NCBI GenBank assembly: GCA_965644295.1
Contig: CBFFRP010000376.1
Span: forward strand, 62,001-126,000
Origin: Paraphysomonas bandaiensis
Lineage: Eukaryota; Protista; Chrysophyceae
Direction of reading: 5' to 3'
Length of the DNA stretch: 64,000 nucleotides
Under the pieces are notes generated by a model. It was not told where the DNA came from. It searched no databases and worked only from the letters and a program-made list of their open reading frames with translations. The position numbers were made by a program, and so were the translations under genes. Of the stretch, positions 34,477 to 47,826 are shown in pieces; position 1 is the first letter of the stretch; each line of letters starts with the position of its first letter.

Positions 34477-36443
34477 TTAGACGATCTCAAATGCTTCTAC
34501 TACGGGAAGCACCTTTTTCGAGGAACTCGAAGATGTGGATCTAAAACTTTCAGTTCTTGGCGTCGCATACGCAATAAAGCGGGGAGACAAGTAGTGCACT
34601 CTCGTGCACTCTGCTGTGGTATGAATCGGCTCGCCCGAAGGAGTGTTGGGCATATAGCTTCGGTTGTACTCCGTTGCCGTTGTATATACCGGCTCAATTA
34701 TCGGAGCTGTGGGCGTAAATGACGTTCTTGATTCTATTGTCTCATGGACAGCAGACTGTACACTAGGTTTGGTATGTTTCAAACAGCAGGAATTACATCG
34801 TAGCCACAGCAGAAGAATCGAAGAGATAATGCATAACACAATTAGCATGTAGAATAGCAGCAGCATATTAGAATCATTTGAATCAAGCCCTAAGTCTTCC
34901 TTAGCGCTTTCTATGGCCACTGTAGGAGATGAAGTAGGCCACATTGAGACACTGGGTATTGGAGTGGGGGATATAGTAGGCGACCGAGTTACACGCGTCG
35001 GCTGCAGAGTGGGGGTGTGGGTGCTAACAGCATCCGTATACATTGATTCATATGAACTTATCATTTTCACGTTGACCAACCGACTTGCAACGTCATACGA
35101 ATGGCCTCCAAAAGATGAACTTCCCCAAGTGACGACTGTGCCGTCAAATTTCAAGGCAGCGAAGGCCTGAGAATTGGAGGATATGGACTTCACATCCATA
35201 AGCTGGTTAGATACGGATAAGGGAATATTTCCACCATAACGACTATCTCCCCATGCGACCACAGTATTGTCTGATAGAATAGCAGCCATTGCACCAGTGG
35301 TAGATACCATGCTCTTCACACCGACTGCCATCGCATCCTTCTCCTGGTTCGAGGGAATGTAGTATCCCCATACCACAACCTCCCCGTCGAGGAGCTCTGC
35401 AGCGAATGTCGACAAAGCAGTGAACACTCTGCGCACCTTCTCACCTTGAATTTCAGGTGGAATATCGGCACTGTCACCTCTACCCCAGGCCACCAAAGTA
35501 CCATCTTCCTTTAACGCACAGAAGGCGCTCGGATTGGAATACAATGAACGAACTCCTCCGTTTGAACTGAGGTCTGCGGATAAAGCGGAGCAATCTCCCC
35601 CTTGGTTTGCGTCTCCCCAGCAAATCACACTGCATAACGTCACCATGAGTATATTAATAACGGAAAGATAAAAGTGAAATCACACAGCTTTTACATCATG
35701 CCTCACCTCCCGTCAGCACGAAGTGCTGCATAAGCTTCAGCAGTCGTAGCAATAGCTGTAATGCCTCCAGCAGCCAACTGACTCGATATATCTAACGATA
35801 AATCATGTTTTCCCCATGGCACCACGCGTCCGCCCCCTAACAACGCTGCAAACCCTAAACGGTTCGAATATATCCAGCTGATGTCCTCACTCGACAGCTG
35901 CGCAGAAACTGAGGATAAGTCACCTCCGCGTTCAGGATCTCCCCATGCAACGACCCTACCATCAGAGGATACGGCTACAAATGCGTAATACGCTGGAAAA
36001 ACGCGCTGTATATTCACGAGATGAGACGATACCGAATCGCAACTTCCTCCTTTCGACGACTCTCCCCACGTGACAACTCGGCCACTCGACTTAATCGCAG
36101 CGAATGCATAAGGGTTAGGTACAATGCTGACAACACCGCTGTTAAGTGATGACTCCATATCACCCGCATAGCCGCCTTGACCCTCCCGCCCCCATGTGAC
36201 CACACGACCACTAGAACTAATAGCTGCATAAGCGGATAATGTCGAGTACACCGCTCGGATATTCTTCAGATATCTCTGCACTGAACTAGAGTCACCCCCG
36301 CGGCTGTTGTCTCCCCATGTGACCACTCTCTCATCTCCTCTAATAGCAGCGAATGAGAAATAGTTATGATTAGAAGCATGCTGAGAGTGAACGCTGACGA
36401 GAAGAGAAATGAACAACAGAGCCGCCGATAAGAGCATGTTCAT
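34477..36443 (-). CDS. Type I membrane protein with extracellular RCC1/BLIP-II-like repeats; intron 35630-35706
   Basis: Signal peptide; about 9-10 repeats AFAA(I/L)xxxGxVVxWG...GG; Pro/Thr/Ser stalk; TM MLLLFYMLIVLCIISSILLLWL; cytoplasmic tail. Confidence 0.88.
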
Positions 36444-36717
36444 CCGCAGCTCACTTATACGGGCAGTGCTTCCTGCGCATAACTTACACACATAATAAAA
36501 TAGGAAAGATGATTCAGCTCACGGCCATGTGTAGGTTCTACCTTCATATGCGCTGGTTCTGTATGGACATATCCAGCCTACAGCAGCTCATACACACACA
36601 CATACTGTACGAGCCTTCTTCATACCAAAAGAACAGCAACGGGCTGTTCGAAATTTAACACTACCCAATCAAAAATGGTTTCCGTGATATTATTGGTTAG
36701 ATTTTATAGGAAATGGC

Positions 36718-36802
36718 ATGATATGTATGTACATGTATATGATATGTATGTACATATATATGATATGTATGTACATGTATATGATATGTATGTATGTATG
36801 TA
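36718..36802. repeat. 21-bp minisatellite (ATGATATGTATGTACATRTAT) about x4
   Basis: Directly visible; lies in the divergent spacer. Confidence 0.85.
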
Positions 36803-36904
36803 CGTATGGATGGATGTATTCAGGTACTGTAGGTAGATGGACATATTTAAGTACATTTTGTGAATGTGTGATTTATCCGCCTGGTGCCTGTGTAGAGGTA
36901 TCAG

Positions 36905-38274
36905 ATGAAGACCCGTGCTGGACATCTGTCCCCAGACGAGCTTCTTCTCTTTATCAGACAGGGTTTTTTGCATATTCCAGGAGCGTTTTCTGAGGAAACA
37001 GCAGCTGCCTGCAGGTCAGAGTTATGGTCTCATCTGGAGAAGGACGGCATTGTTCAAAGCGACCCGTCCACATGGGTGATGAAACATAGTCTGTCTAATA
37101 TATTTACTTCGAAAGATGGGCCTCCGTGGTCACATGTGTCATCTCAGAGGCTCATATCTGCTGTGGCTGATGTACTGGGCGAGGATGTCAGTGATGATGA
37201 TATTGGTTTTGGGTGGTGGATGATTACTTTTCCGGGGTTCAGCTCGCCTCCGTGGTGTGTAGATGGCCGATGGCACGTTGACGGGTATTGGTATCAGCAT
37301 TACCCGTTCAGCAAAGAGATTGGTTTAGTATTGATTATGCTTTTCTCAGACGTTCTTCCTGGTGGAGGCGGAACTGCTGTAGCTGAAGGGTCTCATCGAT
37401 GTGTCGCGCGTGGACTAGCTGAGGCAGGCCTTCGAGGAGCTGGGCCAGGAGAGCTGGCGTGTGGAGTGTCTACATGCATGGAATCTGGTTCGCACACTAT
37501 TCATGAGCTGACAGGCTCTGCTGGTGATGTGTATTTAATGCATCCTTTTCTGATTCATGCCAGAAGCAGCAATCTAGGTATCGCATATTTGTAGTGAAGA
37601 CAAATACTTTTAACAGTGTAAACGTATAGTGGAGTATTAATTACTGTAATAGATATTGGTCTGCGCGTTTGATGTAGTGCGTAGGTAAGCAAGATGAACT
37701 TGCCGCTGTCAGATTCATGTGCCATCCGAGCGTTCCCTTGAAAGCTCATATGAACTTCGATCAGGATCCCAGTAATATGAGTCCCCTAGAGACATCTATT
37801 TATACGGCCTGTGAGGGGTATTCCTATTTTCCTAAAGGTTCAGATGAATCCTTACACTCGAGTACTGCAGATGTTGAGACTGACGACAAACTTTTAAAAT
37901 GGCCGTGGCTATGGGATTGCGGTTGTTGTTTTCATACTAATGGGGAGGACTTGCGCCCAATGTTGCGCTGCATAACCCCTGCCGCTTGTGAAGATTTGGT
38001 AGAGAGGAAGCGTAAAAGGTCTCAAGAAGACAGTGATGAAGACGAAGTTAGAAAGAACAACTCTCTTGAGAGTGTTCAGGGTAGTGACGATGATAGAAGT
38101 AGATCACATAACCATAATTCCCTTCATACGAGCAATTTTTCTGATGACAGTATCTGTGATGAAGCAGTGTCTACGGCGGGAGTGAAATGTGTCGTAAGTA
38201 CTGTGGGTATTGAGCAGATAGCTACGGTGATGGGGTTTGGAGGGTTCTCATCATCTCGTCGTGAATACTATTAG
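36905..38274 (+). CDS. Phytanoyl-CoA dioxygenase (PhyH)-family Fe(II)/2OG dioxygenase; intron 37578-37684
   Basis: FIRQGFL, WHVDG (HxD), GGGTAVAEGSH, GDVYLMHPFLIHARSSN. Confidence 0.85.
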
Positions 38275-38627
38275 CCTGGTAATATATGTTTACTTTGGTA
38301 GTACCTCCCATCATGATATGGCATGCTTTTTTCACAATGTGAGGCGGCATGCAACACAACTTATTCGTATTGAGTTATTGCCAGAAAGATTGATAAAAAA
38401 TTTGAAGTACCCAGTAATATTTCAGCACAGATAAATGTTGCGGTTACAACGCGAAAACGGAGAAAAGTGCGACCAATAAGAAACTCGACGTACTGCGCAT
38501 CCAAGGTTTTGTTCTAGGTCAGTATGGCATGTACGGAGAAGTAGAAGCGTGATTATTGTAGTCGTGTTTTGGGGGATATATAATTTTGCATTGTTTGATG
38601 CAATGCGTGGGAGATATAAAATGTATG

Positions 38628-38810
38628 ATAGTAGAGGTATCCAGCAATAATAATAATTGCATTTATTAACCAAGTATCTAATTATTGCCAATTAACTGCC
38701 TTCAATTCTATTGCTAATTTTTAGAAAAGTTTTCTGAACTACAATCTCACCCCCAAAGATGCCGATTTGCACTCGGAAGCATCAACATTTCAAGGTGTCA
38801 TTCGATTGCG
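38628..38810 (+). repeat. Second dispersed repeat family, copy 1
   Basis: Homologous to the reverse complement of 47600-47745 (ATTATTGCCAATTAA..GCCTTC; AAGATGCCGA..CATCAACA.TTCAAGGTGTC). Confidence 0.8.
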
Positions 38811-39812
38811 ATAACCTCTCACAGCATTGGTAGTGCTTTACAAACGCTTCATGCAATGATATCATGTTGGCTGCTCGGTTGCCGTCGACTTCCTCATCCT
38901 ACTTCCCTTTATCCTAATGCCAGAAGCACTACAATGAACAAGTGTAGATCATTGCAGAAGGTGCACAACAGCATCAGTAATTATTTTCGGTTTATTGAGA
39001 CCTGAAATGCTTTATTTGAGGAAATAGTAAGTTCTGCTCTAACAACTGAAACCTTTAGTAAAGAAAACTTAACATAGCTAATTAGTAAAGAATACTTAAC
39101 ATAGCAATTTTTTCAACGACAAATACTTTATATGAGTGCAAGTAATATATCAAGCCGATTTGTCTGAGGTTTAATCCGTTTTCAACATAGAATTCTCAAT
39201 AACTTCTCGATCGCACGCATCAACACATAAAGCAGCAATGAACACGAGATATATTACCACTTTCTACACAATGATGGATGACTCATTTCTTATTGTTGCA
39301 ATATGTTGCGTAGGTATTGATTCCCCATCTATGATTTTTCTACCCGCACACCCCCTCTGTCATATCGGCTACTCATGCAGAAACGGGCGACTTGCTTCTC
39401 TAGCCACCCGTTTAGAAAACAATACGCTTCTCGTAAGCATATGTATTGACTGAACATTGACTATTACACGGGGTTCTCCGGATCACGCAATTATTGTATA
39501 TAGATAGTTAGAGGGCTTGCTTGGCTGGGATTCCAGTGAGAATGTACGGTATCATCACATTTGAGTTCGTCAACGGTATAATTAATATTTTTCCATGGAT
39601 CATTAAAGGGGAAACATTTTAAATATAGAACATGCTTGTAACCTCTAGCCTTATTCCTTACTCGCCAAGGTAGTAAATTTAGAGCAGATAGAACATGTAA
39701 ATAACTACTTTCCAGTAAAATGACAATTATACTTATATCTACCCAAAAGAACAATGTAATGAAGTACACGTGTTGCGTAAAGACAACTAGTAATTGATGG
39801 AAAGTGAACCGC

Positions 39813-41144
39813 CTAAATCTTCCCCTTCCTAGCCACTGATCGTGATATAACAGACTCCGCCACTGAAAACACGGTTAACAAAGAGTAGTAAAAATAAAAC
39901 TCAGCGGTACACACTGCACGCTTCTGTACCTGATGCGTGAGAATTAGTGGACATATTTGAGGCAGTTGACATTGTATCAGAATAGCCTGAGCGCAGGTTC
40001 TTCCTCTCACGAGCAAGTGCTGCAGCCCCACTCGGATGTTTTAGTGATGTTAGAACCGTTGCAGCGGCACCCGAGCGAGCACTTGCCATGGCCCCCGGAC
40101 CAGATCGCTCCATCATACGTGACCTCTCAGATACACCAGTGCCTACATCAGTGTCATTTCAGGGCAAATATCCTTAGCGTATTAATTGGTTCATGGGTAC
40201 CAAAAAATACAGGATGTATGCACTCCACAGTACATGAAAATAATGGCAGCGTACCTATTCGAGAAGAGGCGACAGAAGACCCTCTCGATGACCCCCGAGA
40301 GGATTTTGCATCAGAGAGTGACATCATTCCTGTGAAATGAACGAGTGGCTTAGAATCTAATGGTATTACGCGCGAAAAGAGAATATGTTCGTATAATAGA
40401 GAATGCTTTGGGAGTCGCGTACGAAGCACCAGGTAGTCAAATATATACACACCTGAATGTTTGGGGGTTGACTTCGGAGCTGGAACATTTCCCTCGACAA
40501 AACTTCCGTACTCTTCGGCAAACTCTTGTACTGTACAAGAAAGCATGAATACGTTGTCCGTTCCTCTGTCCACCAACACCTTGGCAGCTTCACGCGCACT
40601 TTTCTCATCGTCGGATACAACGATAACTAAATGACCCTCCTTATTGCGAAAGACTGGTAACTCTGGGTGAACTTGATCTCGCCTTAGCATTACAGATGGA
40701 AAGCTTCGAGCCTGTAGCATATGGTAGTCATTGAAAGCAGCCGGGTCGCGAATATCCAGTATTAGGTACGGTTTGCTATACGTCGGCTTCGATGATTCGG
40801 TATAAGTAACAATTTTCGGACCATCAAATGAAGAATCGGCTTCTGCAATATCTTCATATTCATCAGCCTCATACTCACTATACAACTCATACATCTGCCT
40901 CTTAGACAATCGGAAGAATATCTCATCTCGCCGTTTGCTGAATTCACTGTTACTGATAAACTTAACCTTATTTACAGTGCATCCCGTGTCTAACTTGGAT
41001 TCTATGTTCGCATACTGTCATCCATCAACAACAAGAGCACATCATCGACATTAACAGGAACATATATATGCCAACCTTTTTATTCTGAGGGACCTTCTTC
41101 TCCATCACCGACAGACCTTTACCAGGGGCTTTCTTGTACGCCAT
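39813..41144 (-). CDS. CEP41: Centrosomal protein CEP41 (rhodanese-like domain), multi-exon
   Basis: KKVPQNK|RYANIESKLDTG, RRDEIFFRL, PYLILDIRD, ARSFP, LVDRGTDNVFMLS. Confidence 0.88.
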
Positions 41145-41271
41145 CACAAGCCTGTCTGTTATTCAGAATACGAGAAGATGCTGATCGATAGCGCTCGCGT
41201 ATACTCCGCTGAGTTAAGTGGGCGATCAGACCAGAGAGAAATTTAAATCATTGTAACTCCTCCACTCCGCC

Positions 41272-41293
41272 GTATACGGCACTGTATAGCATA
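41272..41293. promoter_or_regulatory. Candidate quasi-palindromic promoter element
   Basis: GTATACGGCACTGTATAGCATA, 21/22 identical to 15313-15334. Confidence 0.5.
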
Positions 41294-41486
41294 CTACACT
41301 CATATCATATGATGCGTATAGACTGGGGAGTGTACCGTATTCCGTATTCGGTATGTAAGTTCTAGGCATGTACTGCTGTATATGGTACACTGCACATACG
41401 CCTGTATGCATACAGTCAGCAGATCAGATCAGATCAGATCAGATCAGAATCATCTACTCGTTAGTTCAGCTATATACGAATCTAAT

Positions 41487-44400
41487 ATGAAATCTATTCC
41501 ACTCCATCGATGGTCCCGTCAGTTAAGTGACCCTGAGCCTGAGAGGAATGTTCATTACTTCTCTCGTCCCCCTGTAATGGAGGCTCTCAGTCTATTGCCA
41601 GTAGCTGCTCGAGTTGGATCGTAGGTCACCTCATACCACTATAATCAACCTGATTGTACGCTGCAGATACATATCTCGAGAGCGTCAAAACAATCGTGAG
41701 CCGATATTCGATTTGAATGTGAGTGAGTACTGTTGTTCTATGTGCCCTCAATGCAGCTACAGGGCGTCATGATGGAGCCTCCTAATCCCGGGCCATACGC
41801 AGGCTGTCCTTGTGGCGGACTTGGTGGTGGATCTATTGGAAGAGGTATTACCGTTTTAACAATTTTGTGTATCGTGACAAGTGTTACTTCGTTTAGGCTA
41901 CAGAGGAGATTTTCGTCGATGGTCTCTACATCCTGGGAAGTACAGTCATGAGACTGTGCATAGTAATCAGTTTGCTGTTCGCGTGAAGCACGGAGATAAC
42001 GTTTACTCTAAGGTGGATATATATCTGCATTCACTTTGTGACAATCATTTGAACCCACAGGTGCTTTCAGTGTTTGATGGCCGTCAAAGCCACCATATGC
42101 GCAACTGGGACTGGTGCAGAACATTTTGATCGCTAGTTTTTCTCCTGTTCTTACAGTTGGTCTTACCTAATTTCAGGGGTGTATCTAAAGATAAAGTAAC
42201 GTATCATGCTCTCTTCCCGCGGTATTGCCCACAATGTGTCGTTTTGTTTTCAGCTGATGGTTGGATACAGGGCTTGGACCGAGTTCAAGCAACCTGTGCC
42301 GGGAATAGACATCACTATTATTCAAACCTCCCCTGTCATTCCTCACAGGTGAAAAATCGGTATGTGATATATCTATGTGACAGAAATTGCAGTTATAGCG
42401 AAAGCTGCCTGCCTTGCTGTGTATTCGAAGTTGAAGTCACAAACACTACTCAGGCTGATATTGAGGTAATATAACCGTTGTACGTGAGGGTAAATTCCAC
42501 AGATGCTTACGCTGTCCTATTGCAGTGCTCGATTATGTTTTGTTTCGAAAACAATGATGGATGCGCTACTTCGGACCCTCTTCAGTCGAATGGATTTGCG
42601 CACAAGCAATTTAATATATCTCGGAGTGAAAGCCGGAAAGTGCGTGTGTAGAAATTTGTGTCTGATTACTTGTTTGATATACACATTGAAGCAGCCAGAC
42701 TCGTTGTCATCTGATGGACCGGAAAATCTAACATCTAATAATGAAAATGAGTTTGGAGCTTCGGTCAATCGCCGATGTGTTGGCGTGTGTATGGCGCGAC
42801 ATAAGATTACTCGTGTTCGCCGCAATAACCACAGCGTAGGAGTGCATGAAAGGGAGGAACAGCGCTCCCATGAGCAGCAAGTACCGACAATTTTTAATTG
42901 CCAAGGATGGAGTAAACCAGAAGAATATATATATTGTGATCAAGTGTGACCTATGAGATTGCCCACGAAACTGTGACTAACGGTGTTATAGGGGTCTTTT
43001 GGAATTGCATGTGACGAAGACAATACTGCTTCGGACTCTGCTTCAGTGTGTGAACAGGTATTGTACTTCATTTTTGTATAGCTGTGTTTCATGCGACTAT
43101 ATGTATATCAGATGCTGATCAAAGGCTCCTGTAAAGAGGGGTATGGAGAGCGCATTGTTAGAGCTCAAGATGTGTGGGAATGCTTCCACGATACTGGTGA
43201 GTCAGAAAGAAAACTATAATTATTATAATTATCGTGTAGGGTCACTGAAGGATGTCAATGACAACGAATTATATCGCTCACATGAGCATCGACCGAAGAA
43301 TAGTGCCGTGTCGGGAAGGCCAAATCAAATGACAAATGATACGGAGGAGCAGTTTGACCTCGATGATGCTTTAAAAACTCCGCCGAGTAAATATATTTAT
43401 GCTTTTTTGTTCTGATTGTGAATTTATATTATACTGCCCCAGGGTGTGGCGTTGGTGCATGTGTTTGCCTGAAAAAGACTCTGTGCGGACAAGACAAATC
43501 AGTCTATGCATTCTCTCTAGGTACTTCTCACTATAACTGCATTCTATACTATATCATTCAGTACTGGACAGCATGGGACAACCCTATTGTTAGATTTGGA
43601 GGTGGGCGGCCGTACAGAAGGTATTACTCCAGGTAATACGCCCCCTTGTCAGGGGTTATTTTCATGTAGTGTGTCGTAAGTGTAGGTTCTTCGGTGTCAG
43701 CGGCCTGTGTGCACCGACTATCGCAGCATTCGCTCTGAGTCAAGTAGACAGGTTAGCCACGTACATATTTATTATCTCTCTGTAGAGTGTACATGTAATT
43801 ATTAGTGCGAATTGTAAGCGGTAATCATAGGTGGCACGAAGCAATATGCGAGTGGCAGAATAAAGTTTTAGAGAGCGACACGCTTCCAGATTACTACAAG
43901 TACGCACCGCACCGTCTGATAGAGCAGTATATGTTAACCTTGTGCCATCCCAGACACCAGTTGTTCAATGAATTGTATTTCTTAGTTGATGGAGGGACGG
44001 TGTGGGTAGATGGATGTCATTCAGGTACATAGTGGCGCTGAAAATGTACACAGTCATCCAAGTCGTGTATTGAATGCAAGTTTTGCAGATACTAGTCTGA
44101 GGCCAGTGAAGCACCCTAGCATTATCACTCCATCAGACACACATCAGGGAAAGCGGTTCTATGATTCTAGTATAATACATTTATCTGATGTCGGCATTAG
44201 CCATGATCAGTTGTGTTCTGCGGTTGAAATGCAGCAACACTTAACTAGCATTGTACATGAGCTGCAGAAGCAGAACGAAATAATTAAAGCTGGACAAGGA
44301 AAACAAGCAGATGTAGGCAGATTTTTGTATCTTGAAGGCCACGAGTATTTGATGTAAGCAATTTATATATAATTGGTGTGGTGGTAGTGTGTGTCCACAT

Positions 44401-46764
44401 CAATGACGTTGATGGGGGTTTTCTCATATGGAAGTAGTGATCGACTTGTGTTATTATATGTGTGAAATCACGACAGAGCTATTGTAGCTGTCTCTCACGT
44501 TCAACAGGTACAATACTTACGATGTTCACTTCTATGCTGGATTCGCATTGTTAATGGTGAGAATTTCACAATATACTGAATATTACGTAATTTAGCTTGT
44601 AGTTGTGGCCACAGCTAGAGTTATCTCTACAAAGGGATTTTGCTCGCTCAGTTGACCTTGAGGATCCCACGATCCGAGTGATGCTCGGCGAAGGTCACCA
44701 GCGACAACGAAAGGTAGTCAGTGAACTTTATCTAGCTAATTCAGTTCTTCGCATGTATCTAGTACTTTATTCTACGAGTCGGTTTATATATGCGATTTAT
44801 ATGGTGTACTTTTCCTTATGTTTCATTAATATTGTTCTTGGCGTTGTAGATTTCAGGGCGTGTACCTCATGATCTGGGGTCGCCATCTGAAGACCCCTTT
44901 TATAGAACCAACATATACAATTTCCAGGTAATTGTGTCCGCTGCTTTGTTTATAAGACAAACGTCCTTAAGTTTTTCGTAGGATGTGTCCTTGTGGAAAG
45001 ATCTCGGGCCTAAGTTTGTTCTCCAAGTATGCAACTAAAACATTAGTTGCTGTGTTTTCTTACTTTCGCGTAGATATACCGCGATTACTTATATACTGAA
45101 AGTCCATGGTTTTTAGTGGATATGTACCCTGTAGTATGCAAAGGTTGTGAGGTTTTATTGTAGTAGTAATGTGCTGAAAGGATATTTGTTAGTCATGGAA
45201 AGTACTGCGGAGTTTGATACAGATGGGGATGGCATGATCGAGAATCAGGTGGTCCCTACCCTTGCACACATCCCTTTTGTCATGGGGTTTTATGCCAACA
45301 GAGTTTCCCTGATCAGACTTATGACATATGGACTGCGACGGGGGTGCGTACAATCTGTATATTTCTCATATTGTACTATCCGAATGACGCGTACAGTTAT
45401 GAGTACTGACTACCATTGTGGTTAGGTGCATGTCTACTGTGGCGGGCTGTGGATTGCTGCCTGTTTCGCAACTGCGGAAATGGCAAAAATCATGAACGAA
45501 GAAGTTATGGCGAGCAAGTACTGCATTCTTCTTTCGTACGTTTTTCGTATAATGCAAAGTGGGTAATTCACATAGGTATATCGAGCTTGGCACTCGGGCA
45601 CGTGCGGTTTACCACAAGGAGTTGTGGAATGGAGAGTATTTCAACTATGACAACAGGTTCATTGCTACACATTGATTTTCCTTTTGAAACTGCAATCGTA
45701 GTCAATCAGAACATCACGACAGCATCATGGCCGATATGATGGCGGGTCACTGGTACGCGTGCGTCTGCAGACTGCCCCCCGTAGGTAATGGTGCAGTTTA
45801 TCATATGCACGTAGTGTCTAGCCCCTTTTATGTCTGCAACGTATTTTCATATACTTCTGCAGTGGACCAAGAACAGGCAATTTCTTGTTTCCGAAAAATA
45901 TATGAGTAAGTATTTTTTCTACTTAGTATTTTCAATAATCAGTTGCTTTGCAGATACAATGTACTGCAGTTCGGGCGTGGAGAATTGATAGGCGCTGTGA
46001 ATGGAATGAGGCCGGACGGGCGCGTAGACTCCAGTTGTCTTCAAAGCCGAGAAGTGAGGCACCTTGTAGTGTATGTTGTCATTGATCGGATAATTTGTAC
46101 ATGAAGGTATGGACCGGTACAACATATGCTCTTGCGGCGGCTATGATTCACGAAGCCAAGACAAGATCCATTACTAAACCTACTGCGTCGGATACTGATA
46201 AATTTTCAGCAGATATCTTAAGTGCTGATTCTACAATCGCAGAGGTAGTTTTAGTTTTGTTTGCCAAACGTATTACCAGTTGGTGCGGTATTGACGTTTA
46301 GAATTTAGTTTTTACTTCTATCTGCATATTTTCTAATGTTGTGTAGATGGATTCAGAGTCGCAAGAACTACACACGATTGCCATGAAAACGGCTGAAGGA
46401 ATCCATTCGGGAGGCAAGGGCATAAATGTTGCGTTTTGAATTGCATGTTACACCGTATAAACTTAATTTCATATTGCATGATTATCTCGTGTATGTATTT
46501 GTGTGGAAAGTGTTTCATCAGCGCTTTAGTATTGTACGTAATATGTACGGGGCATATTATATCGAGTCAACTTTTCTTTGCAGGGTGGCAAAAATTTGGG
46601 TATCAATTTGCTACACCTGAAGCATGGGAACAGAGCGGGAATTACCGGTGAGTGTGTTTCCAATAATTTGTCGTACCTAAAATATATTTTACTCTAGTTC
46701 ATTGGGATATATGAGACCACTCGCGATATGGTCCATACAATTCGCATTAATGCATCAACCTTGA
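41487..46764 (+). CDS. GBA2: Non-lysosomal glucosylceramidase (GH116), roughly 30 short introns
   Basis: [103 protein letters not shown]. Confidence 0.95.
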
Positions 46765-47599
46765 GTCTAGTTATAATGACTCAAAAGTATAGTATTGATA
46801 CTGAAAGTCGCTCCGTCTATCTACCATAGAGTATAAATAATATGCACTATATGCATTGATCTAAACTGAAACAGATTTTCTTCAGTCCCTCGATTTTGAA
46901 CGGATTTTATAACTCAGTACTATATTGATTTAAGTTTTCTTCGCATCAGTAAATGTTTGAAGTTTTATAAAACTAATCATGTCATCATTTTAACCCTTAC
47001 TTTACTAATATTTATTATTGTTTCGTTGAAAATGGCATATTTCGATATATTGTAAGGTGGCACCTTGCAGTTTGTATAGTACAGAAGTATCATGCAGGAG
47101 TGTGTAAGTATAACTTCCTTTTACCATCTTTATCCTCTATAAGTTTCCCATATAACAAAGTCTCATGCCAGGATAGGAGTGTTTTTGTCCCTTTTTAATC
47201 TGTTTCGTGTAGTCTGTAATCGTTTTCATTCAGATGAAGAGCAATTGATGATGTCCGGGTACAATATGATTATTTAATTTGTCAGTATCCTTTGGGATGA
47301 AATTCCACCTGGGTGCAGGTGCAAACATTGTTCAAATACATATTTTGAGAATATAGTAGTCAACATTCAGCGTGTGGTAGGGATGAAGAAAGGAACCACA
47401 CTGACAAGAGAGGTGCGACGCTTTTCGATAAGGTGGATCATATGAAGATAAAGAGAATGGTGAGGAAGACGAAGCCATTCCTTTACTTAAAAGCAACCGA
47501 AAGCGCAAGAATGCACGCAGTAAACTGTGAACATAATAACATTGCACTACCAATGTTTGTGAGAGATTATATAACAGAACTAAGAATACTATGGCTGAT

Positions 47600-47758
47600 T
47601 TTCGAAAGCGAATGACGCCTTTAGACACCTTGAAGTGTTGATGTTTTGCATGCAAGTCGGCATCTTGCCGAAGGCAATTAATTGGCAATAATTGGATAAT
47701 TGGTTAATAATTGCAATTATTATCGTTGGATACATCTCATCTATTAATTGCCAATTAA
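47600..47758 (-). repeat. Second dispersed repeat family, copy 2, with a 12-bp inverted repeat
   Basis: Matches 38628-38810; TTAATTGGCAAT (47678-47689) / ATTGCCAATTAA (47747-47758). Confidence 0.8.
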
Positions 47759-47826
47759 GTGTTACGCAAGCCTGTTAAATATAGAACAACATCTAACGCA
47801 GACGTCTATATAAAAAAAAAAGTACA

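Noticed and set aside
41763-41795. NPGP in GBA2 as a 2A ribosomal-skip motif
   Set aside because: MMEPPNPGP lacks the D(V/I)ExNPGP spacing.
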